Of a stretch of 64,000 nt of DNA, positions 58,277-64,000 are shown one piece after another (position 1 is the first letter of the stretch; every line of letters begins with the position of its first letter). A program made the position numbers and the translations under genes. The notes below the pieces were generated by a model. The model was not told the origin of the DNA. It did no database searches and worked only from the letters and a program-made list of their open reading frames with translations. Source of the DNA: a bacterium (lineage in GTDB: Bacteria; Patescibacteriota; Minisyncoccia; Minisyncoccales; UBA1441); contig JAKQBO010000007.1 in NCBI GenBank assembly GCA_029559515.1, positions 11,878-75,877 on the forward strand, written 5' to 3'.

Positions 58277-58897
58277 TTAATTAAATTTAGTTTTTTCTAG
58301 AAAGCTAAGATCAAGATATTTTTTCCGAAGCTCTTCTTTATCAAGAGGCCGGCCCTCGAGATCAAGGCACTCTAGGTAGAAGATCATGCCTTGAATAATG
58401 TCCCGAAACAGCCCAATTTGCTTGGCCAGCGTTTTGGGGTTCATCTTCCGGCGGACACTAGAGTCATGAGCCTGCCCTTCTAAAATAAAGGTGCTGATTG
58501 AGTGACCATGCAGCAGTTGATTTCTAATTTCAGAAAAGTGAGCCATCTTTTTTAAAATACTCTGATGGTTTTTGGCCTGCTCAGTCTTTTGGCCAAAATT
58601 AAAATGACCATAGTAAAGAAACAAAGCCGTTTTGTCTTTGAAGTTAATGTCGTCAACTTGGTTGATAACCTCGCGCCGATCAAAAGCCGGTTGGGCGTGC
58701 CAAAGAGTTATTCGGCGTAATAAGGCATTCAAGCCTACTTCGAGCACTACGTGTAGAGCAATGTAGAGCTCAATCATGTCTTCCTCGTGCAGCTCTGGTT
58801 GAGACAACAGCCGAGCGCACTTTTCTCGCCGAGAAGTGATTAAATAATCCGACTCTGTTTCCGCTAAAGACAAGTAAGGCATTTCAGTCTTCCTCAT
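58277..58897 (-). CDS. hypothetical protein with a possible HEPN-type Rx4HxH motif
   Basis: Helical 206-aa protein with a SEIRNQLLHGH motif that fits the HEPN Rx4-6H signature; otherwise unassigned. Confidence 0.4.
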   Translation of the reverse strand: MRKTEMPYLSLAETESDYLITSRREKCARLLSQPELHEEDMIELYIALHVVLEVGLNALLRRITLWHAQPAFDRREVINQVDDINFKDKTALFLYYGHFNFGQKTEQAKNHQSILKKMAHFSEIRNQLLHGHSISTFILEGQAHDSSVRRKMNPKTLAKQIGLFRDIIQGMIFYLECLDLEGRPLDKEELRKKYLDLSFLEKTKFN

Positions 58898-59081
58898 AAA
58901 TAGCCTCGGTCGGGCACTCTTTCATCGCCCGCTCAATGGCTTCTTTGTTTTCTTCCAGGTCAGCGCCCGCCTTCACTTCAGCTTTGCCGCTACTAATATT
59001 AATTTCAAAAACTTCGGGACAGTTAAACTCGCAGCCGCCACAGCCAATGCATTTATCTTTATCGATTTTTAACTTTTTCAT
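58884..59081 (-). CDS. small ferredoxin, single [3Fe-4S]/[4Fe-4S] cluster type
   Basis: CIGCGGC ... CP motif in a 65-aa product; start taken at the internal ATG 59081. Confidence 0.65.
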   Translation of the reverse strand: MKKLKIDKDKCIGCGGCEFNCPEVFEINISSGKAEVKAGADLEENKEAIERAMKECPTEAIYEED

Positions 59082-59091
59082 ATTATGAAAA

Positions 59092-59415
59092 TTAATGAAT
59101 TCTCGCTCCCGCCTGAACCTCTTTTTCTGGCTGGAGCAAAACCGGTTCGCCATTGCTAGCGGCCAGCAACATGCCCTGGCTCTCGTAACCCATCATCTTC
59201 CGAGGGGCTAGATTAGCAACCACAACGATCTGCCGGCCGACCAGGTCTTCCGGTCGATAATAAGACTGCAATCCGGCAACAATCTGACGCTCCTCGTCGC
59301 CTAGGCTTATCTTCAGTTTAATTAGTTTATCTGAAACATCAATTGTTTCGGCTTCAATTACCGAAGCAACCCTCAGGTCAACTTTCTGGAAATAATCAAA
59401 GTTAATGGTCTCCAT
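59092..59415 (-). CDS. tRNA-binding domain protein (Trbp111/CsaA/EMAP-like)
   Basis: VDLRVASVIEAE ... KLKISLGDEER ... GLQSYY pattern of the Myf-type tRNA-binding OB-fold. Confidence 0.65.
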   Translation of the reverse strand: METINFDYFQKVDLRVASVIEAETIDVSDKLIKLKISLGDEERQIVAGLQSYYRPEDLVGRQIVVVANLAPRKMMGYESQGMLLAASNGEPVLLQPEKEVQAGARIH

Positions 59416-59453
59416 AAAACAACTTCGTTAATAATTATTTAATATTAACACGA

Positions 59454-60065
59454 CTATCCAACCAAAACCAATGAAAAGACTTGAGTAAAGCCGTTATCTT
59501 TCAGTTCCCGGGCTTTAGCTTTGATATCAGCATGATCCTCCAATGAAACCAGAACCGCCTTTTTCTCTTTGGGTTTAATTGCCTGATTCTGGAGCTGTTC
59601 ATTCCGAAAAAAGTTAACTATTTGCTGGACCAAAACACTAGACAGATCCGAACAGTCTGCCATCTTCTGAGGTGGCGGTGCCGCGATGATCTCAACGGAG
59701 CAATCAGAAAAAAGACGGCTGAGGTCGTTGTAAGAATCACTTTTTAAAAAACTCGCTAAAGCTTGGAGGCCGAGATATTCCAACAGATGAGACGCCCGGC
59801 TTTGATTAATCGTCGCGATTAGGCGCTTCGCCAGGCCCTGGTTTTCCCAAGCAACTATCCTTCGATCTAAATACGAAAAACATTTTTGATGAAGCCATCC
59901 CCCAGGACTAGCCTGGCCACAAGCCGGACAAGCCGGTTCAGCTTCCACTAAGAAAACTTGGCACTCTGGGCAGACATATGCTCCCCGCCGTCCGCAATTG
60001 AGGCAAAAAGGAGGAAAAAGCTGAGAGTAAATAAAATCAGTTCCCGCCCAAAGCAGCTTGAACAT
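59454..60065 (-). CDS. double zinc-ribbon protein (ComF-like N-terminus), function unclear
   Basis: CLNCGRR ... CPEC ... CPACG cysteine pairs. The C-terminal part lacks a convincing PRTase motif. Confidence 0.4.
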   Translation of the reverse strand: MFKLLWAGTDFIYSQLFPPFCLNCGRRGAYVCPECQVFLVEAEPACPACGQASPGGWLHQKCFSYLDRRIVAWENQGLAKRLIATINQSRASHLLEYLGLQALASFLKSDSYNDLSRLFSDCSVEIIAAPPPQKMADCSDLSSVLVQQIVNFFRNEQLQNQAIKPKEKKAVLVSLEDHADIKAKARELKDNGFTQVFSLVLVG

Positions 60066-60673
60066 TATTTTCGATCAGAAGAGTAACTTAACCTAATCGG
60101 TAACACCAAGGCGTCGTCGTGTTCCGGATAGCCGGTCGGATTATCTTTTATTAATACCAGAACAGCTTTTTCTATCTCCAGGCCATCTGGCCAAGAAAAT
60201 GTTACCTGAAAATTAACTAACTCCTCAGTCATCCACTCCCCTGTTGCTGTGGCAATGGCTTGAGTAATCTTTCTTCCTTGATAATCGTAGACTTCAGCTT
60301 GGCAATCAGCTTCAAAAAACCAAAGGCCGGTTAAACGACCGCTAACATTGAGCTCTCCGTCAATAACCGACCAGGGGCCGTCAATGCCGGGAAAATCCAA
60401 TGCCACCAAGGAAGGTTCTTCTTGATAAGCAAGTGAGATCCATCCGTCTGAAGTCCAACATTGCATTGAATGATTGAAAGCTACTGAGTGGCAGTGAGTC
60501 CATTTATCAGAAGCCCCGGTCTCTACTGCTGGCTCCTTAACCTGTTGCCAAGAGGCCCAGCCGATCAAGACCACAAAAGCTAAAACAACAATCAATAAAG
60601 TTATAAAGTCTCTTTTCATTTTAAAAAAATAACATGTTCGCGGGACGAAAGATATTCTTCCGTCCCGCAACAA
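60065..60673 (-). CDS. hypothetical secreted/membrane-anchored protein
   Basis: Probable start at the internal MKRDFITLLIVVL signal/anchor; no recognised domain. Confidence 0.4.
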   Translation of the reverse strand: MLRDGRISFVPRTCYFFKMKRDFITLLIVVLAFVVLIGWASWQQVKEPAVETGASDKWTHCHSVAFNHSMQCWTSDGWISLAYQEEPSLVALDFPGIDGPWSVIDGELNVSGRLTGLWFFEADCQAEVYDYQGRKITQAIATATGEWMTEELVNFQVTFSWPDGLEIEKAVLVLIKDNPTGYPEHDDALVLPIRLSYSSDRK

Positions 60674-60713
60674 TCAAAAATCTGGTTGAAATTAGGGCAA
60701 TACCAGAAGCCAA

Positions 60714-60872
60714 TTACTTCTTGGCTGGACTTTTCTTCTTAGCCCTCTTGGGAGCAGCTTTCTTAACTACCTTCTTTGTAGTAGTCTTCTTGGCTGTCTT
60801 CTTAGGCTTAGAAGTCTTCTTAGTGACCTTGGTCTTCTGAGAAGCCTTGGTCTTGCGGGCACGTGTTGCCAT
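60714..60872 (-). CDS. lysine-rich histone H1-like / Hc1-like DNA-binding mini-protein (52 aa; missed by the ORF track)
   Basis: Minus-strand ATG ... MATRARKTKASQKTKVTKKTSKPKKTAKKTTTKKVVKKAAPKRAKKKSPAKK-stop. The + strand track ORF 60634-60840 is its hydrophobic antisense shadow. Confidence 0.6.
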   Translation of the reverse strand: MATRARKTKASQKTKVTKKTSKPKKTAKKTTTKKVVKKAAPKRAKKKSPAKK

Positions 60873-60926
60873 ATTAGAAGATTAATTAACTTGGCTGAAG
60901 CAGTCGAATAAATAAAAAAGCCGGCT

Positions 60927-61577
60927 TTAATCAGCCAGCTGACCGACCACCGGATACTTAATAATCTCTTCCAGTACGTGGTAAGAGTAGAACTCTTCGG
61001 TTAGCTCTTGCCCGGCTAGATGAGAGTAGTGATGGCCGTCTCCAAAGACCTCGGTGTTGTCATAAACGATCCCGTCCACCGCTACATAAGCCGGACGGCC
61101 GTCTTGGCCATCATAATAAGACAACTCCTCTAAAGTAAAAATCCGCAGGCCACTCGCTTCCTCTAATGGTTCGCTGACAATGTCTATTTCCAGCCCCTCG
61201 TCCAGTTGAGAATACTCAATTTCCATCTCAGGGCCCGTCTGTTCCGGACGAGACGTTCCCTGATAAAATAATTCAACATAAACGAAAAAGCCCAGAAAGG
61301 CCATGCAGGCTAAGATTAAAACAGTCTTACTGAATTTATTCCAGGCCTGCCAGCGAACAAAAGCCAGACGAAGTGCCAAGCCGACATGAAGCGTAAAGGC
61401 AACAATAATAATTAATGGCAGATACTGCACGTGAAGACCCTGGGACACAGAACGATCAATCAACCCCCGAGTTAATCCATAACCGCTGATTATGTAAAGG
61501 ATAAAAGTCACCAGCAAAACCCAGGCTGAGATGCGGTCTACTTTTGTTAAAAATTTTTCAAGATTTTTTCTCTGCAT
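60927..61577 (-). CDS. membrane protein with a C-terminal cytochrome b5-like domain
   Basis: N-terminal transmembrane helices and a C-terminal ELSYYDGQDGRPAYVAVDGIVYDNTEVF ... AGQELTEEF region that resembles the cytochrome b5 fold pattern. Confidence 0.45.
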   Translation of the reverse strand: MQRKNLEKFLTKVDRISAWVLLVTFILYIISGYGLTRGLIDRSVSQGLHVQYLPLIIIVAFTLHVGLALRLAFVRWQAWNKFSKTVLILACMAFLGFFVYVELFYQGTSRPEQTGPEMEIEYSQLDEGLEIDIVSEPLEEASGLRIFTLEELSYYDGQDGRPAYVAVDGIVYDNTEVFGDGHHYSHLAGQELTEEFYSYHVLEEIIKYPVVGQLAD

Positions 61578-61624
61578 TCCTTTGTTGTCAATCTGATTTA
61601 TTTTAGTCTTATTTAAAAAAAAAT

Positions 61625-62683
61625 CTAGTTTTGTTTTTCAGCACCCGATGAATTTTTTGCTTCGCCTTTAATTTGATCGATCAAGTGAACTAATTTTTGG
61701 CGGCGCGTCTGAACAACCTGCCGATATTGATCAGCAACTCGGTCGATATCCCCGCCCAACTTGTCAACAGCCTGATTAAATCTTTGATATTCCTCTTCAA
61801 AAGATTTAATTAATCCGATAATATCTCTCAAGTTTTCCTGGTATTTGAAATTCTGGTGCGACCAGTAAATAGTTCTCAGAATAGCCACGAAATTAAAGGG
61901 TCCAGCCAGAATTACTCTCTGCTTCAACGCATCCATCCAAACATCCCTTAACTTGTCGTAAATAAAACTGAAAACCATTTCATTAGGCACAAAGAGAATA
62001 ACAAAATCAGCCGTCCCTTCTTCCGGATTAATATAAGAACGGCTGGTAACCTCTTTAACCTTCTGTTTAACATCAGCTGAAAACTGTTTCAGGGCAGCTG
62101 CCTTCTCAGGCTCCCCCTGAGACTCCTGGTAATGAATCAAAGCTGTGATCGGAAATTTAACATCGACATTAACCTGAGTTTTGTCCGGCATCAGCAAGGC
62201 CAGGTCGGGCTGGGTGCCTGATTTAGTTTTAGGATGGATGAGGTAGTTTTCCCCCCGAACAAAGCCTACCGCTTGAATCAGCTGCTCGGCCACCTCTTCA
62301 CCGTATTGTCCTCGCTGCTGGTTGTTAGAAAGAATATTTTTAAGATGATCGGTTGAGTCCCGAAGATGCTCAGTCACCTGCTGCTGCTGCTCTAAAACGC
62401 TTTTCAGTTGACCGAAGGTTTCCAGACGGTCTCTCTCTGTTGCCTCCAGCTTCTGCTGGCTGCTTTGAAGCTGCTGTTCAATTTTATTAACTAACTCTTT
62501 AATATCCTCCTTGCGGCTTTCAACATATTCCGTTTCCCGCTTCAGTTTCTCCTCGATCACCTCATAAGACCGCTCTCTGTTTTCTTGAAGCAAAACTTTT
62601 ATCTGCCTCAGCCAGTAATAAAGAACAACAAAGAATAAAGCCAAAGCCAGAATGATTATAATAGCCACGGGATCCCAAGACAT
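61625..62683 (-). CDS. rmuC: DNA recombination protein RmuC
   Basis: N-terminal transmembrane anchor, a long coiled-coil, and a C-terminal RmuC-like nuclease region (DFVILFVPNE). Confidence 0.65.
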   Translation of the reverse strand: MSWDPVAIIIILALALFFVVLYYWLRQIKVLLQENRERSYEVIEEKLKRETEYVESRKEDIKELVNKIEQQLQSSQQKLEATERDRLETFGQLKSVLEQQQQVTEHLRDSTDHLKNILSNNQQRGQYGEEVAEQLIQAVGFVRGENYLIHPKTKSGTQPDLALLMPDKTQVNVDVKFPITALIHYQESQGEPEKAAALKQFSADVKQKVKEVTSRSYINPEEGTADFVILFVPNEMVFSFIYDKLRDVWMDALKQRVILAGPFNFVAILRTIYWSHQNFKYQENLRDIIGLIKSFEEEYQRFNQAVDKLGGDIDRVADQYRQVVQTRRQKLVHLIDQIKGEAKNSSGAEKQN

Positions 62684-62686
62684 AGA

Positions 62687-63385
62687 TTACCTTTTTAAAT
62701 AATATTTTCTTTCTTCGGCAGAAAACCTCTCTAGGGAATATCTTAACATAGTCCGAGGCATCTCACTATGATATTGATCTATAAATTCCTTAGCTGTCAA
62801 CAAATCCCTTTTCCCAACCTCTCTCAGCATCCAGCCAGCGGCCTTATGGATCAAATCCTGGTCATCTTTTAATAACATTCTGGTTATCTTTAGAGTATCG
62901 CGAAAATCATGGTTGCGGATAAAGGCCAGAGTCGCGACGATGCTGATCCTCCGGTGCCAGAGATTTTTAGAGCCAGCTAACTTATAAAGAATTTTTCTCT
63001 CTTGGTTAATTAAATAATCGCCCATTATTCTAGGAGCCGAAACATCAACCAAGTCCCAATTATTGACTGAATCAAGATGGCGACAATAGAAATTAAAGAT
63101 ATTTTTCCTGTCGGCCAAGTCAGCTTTCTCGTATTGATCAATTAGAATCAGCAAACCGGTCAGGCGGTGTTCGTGCCACGAACTCAATAAAAGCTTCTCA
63201 ATCTCTGGATACTTTAGCTTGGTGAATTTGCGAGCTATTTTCCTCTGATCTGGAACCGTCACCCCTAAAAATAAATCCCCGTGGCCGTACTCCCCTGGCC
63301 CAGTTTTAAAAAAACGATGACTGACCGCAGCTCTTTTTCGGTCAGCCATCTTTTTTAACTCGCTCTTAACTTGTTCGGCCTTCAT
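62687..63385 (-). CDS. DNA alkylation repair protein (AlkC/AlkD-like HEAT-repeat glycosylase)
   Basis: AlkD-family pattern (RFFKTGPGEYGHGD.FLGV ... W ... D). Confidence 0.65.
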   Translation of the reverse strand: MKAEQVKSELKKMADRKRAAVSHRFFKTGPGEYGHGDLFLGVTVPDQRKIARKFTKLKYPEIEKLLLSSWHEHRLTGLLILIDQYEKADLADRKNIFNFYCRHLDSVNNWDLVDVSAPRIMGDYLINQERKILYKLAGSKNLWHRRISIVATLAFIRNHDFRDTLKITRMLLKDDQDLIHKAAGWMLREVGKRDLLTAKEFIDQYHSEMPRTMLRYSLERFSAEERKYYLKR

Positions 63386-63627
63386 CGCAATCCCGCCTCT
63401 TTTAATAATTTATTAATTTTAGCCCGGTCGAAGCCAATCACCAGCCGGTCGCCAACCTCAATCACTGGTACTCCGGTTTGACCGGTTTTCTCCTTCAATT
63501 CTTTTAGAGCTGCTTCACTTTGACTAATGTCAATCTCTTCATAGTCAACGCCTTGCTGCTGAAGAAACTGCTTGGTTGGCAAACAAAAAACACAAGTTGG
63601 TATTGTATATATTTTAACTTTAGCCAT
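63382..63627 (-). CDS. glutaredoxin-like (NrdH/Grx) small thioredoxin-fold protein
   Basis: KIYT.PTCVFC CxxC motif ... GVPVIEV; start taken at the internal ATG. Confidence 0.65.
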   Translation of the reverse strand: MAKVKIYTIPTCVFCLPTKQFLQQQGVDYEEIDISQSEAALKELKEKTGQTGVPVIEVGDRLVIGFDRAKINKLLKEAGLR

Positions 63628-63628
63628 G

Positions 63629-63928
63629 TTAAATACCAATTAAATAATGAAAGGCTAAATAGAATAAAACTAAAGCGCCCAATAAGGTTATCCAAGTAAT
63701 AGCCTTAGATCCAGCAACCCAGATCGACTTGGTAAAGACGGCGCCCAAGAAAATAATCAACTCAATCAATAGATAAAAAAAGATATAGAGAATAATGTAA
63801 AAGACATACCCGGAAAGACTAATGCCTGATTCTGCTAAAATGGCCGCAAAAGTAATCGGTATGCCAATCGAACATGGCAGTTCAACCACCGTGACAACCA
63901 GGGCAAAGAATATTACGGCCAAAGCCAA
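63629..63928 (-). CDS. polytopic membrane protein, possibly CcdA/DsbD-like; may extend past the window end
   Basis: Hydrophobic 99-aa ORF with an ELPCS motif, directly upstream of the glutaredoxin-like gene. Confidence 0.3.
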   Translation of the reverse strand: MALAVIFFALVVTVVELPCSIGIPITFAAILAESGISLSGYVFYIILYIFFYLLIELIIFLGAVFTKSIWVAGSKAITWITLLGALVLFYLAFHYLIGI

Positions 63929-64000
63929 AAGAAACGATCCCTTCTTTGGATTGTCAAAGGATTTTTTCAGCCCTTCAGTAGCCCGCCGGGTTAAGGCATT

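Overview
This window looks like a gene-dense segment from a small-genome bacterium, most likely a Candidate Phyla Radiation / Patescibacteria lineage (inferred from rRNA architecture, not proven). It uses the standard genetic code. Start codons are AT-rich and have no Shine-Dalgarno sequences upstream.

The rRNA genes are split and intron-laden. A 16S rRNA gene on the + strand (about 11.9-14.4 kb) carries a ~1 kb insertion that encodes a double-motif LAGLIDADG homing endonuclease. About 34 kb away on the - strand lie a 23S rRNA gene (about 48.6-53.4 kb) and a 5S rRNA gene. The 23S is interrupted by two separate insertions, each with the hallmarks of a group I intron and each encoding a single-motif LAGLIDADG endonuclease; one of these looks I-CreI-like. 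The spacer-type tRNAs that normally sit between 16S and 23S (tRNA-Ile GAU and tRNA-Ala UGC) are stranded after the 16S gene, and a FemABX-family gene lies between the 16S and these tRNAs. Both rRNA genes are flanked by long inverted repeats that look like processing stems. The 16S 3' tail lacks the CCUCC anti-Shine-Dalgarno sequence.

The rest of the window is housekeeping genes:
- Translation and tRNA processing: gatB (partial), miaA, miaB, thrS, aspS (a short form lacking the usual insertion domain), gltX, serS, lysS, rpmF, rpsP, rpmA, rplI, nusB and rnc.
- Replication and repair: dnaE, rnhB, xseAB, rarA, rmuC, an AlkD-like glycosylase and a ThpR phosphoesterase.
- Chaperones: grpE, dnaK and dnaJ with an adjacent tRNA-Lys.
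- Cell wall and division: a serine carboxypeptidase, mraY, murI, murD, ftsW, murG, murC, uppS, mreC, mreD, PBP2, an FtsQ-like protein, two FemABX paralogs, and a Mur-ligase fused to an N-terminal multi-helix membrane domain next to a DegT-type aminotransferase.

Other notable items:
- An Fe-S PD-(D/E)XK (Cas4/RecB-like) nuclease with no CRISPR array nearby.
- A possible HEPN-motif protein next to a small cysteine-rich protein.
- A lysine-rich histone-H1-like mini-protein that the ORF track missed.
- A short N-terminal IspH remnant.
- A bactofilin-like protein.
- An orphan response regulator.

No CRISPR arrays, IS elements or prophage blocks were recognised.
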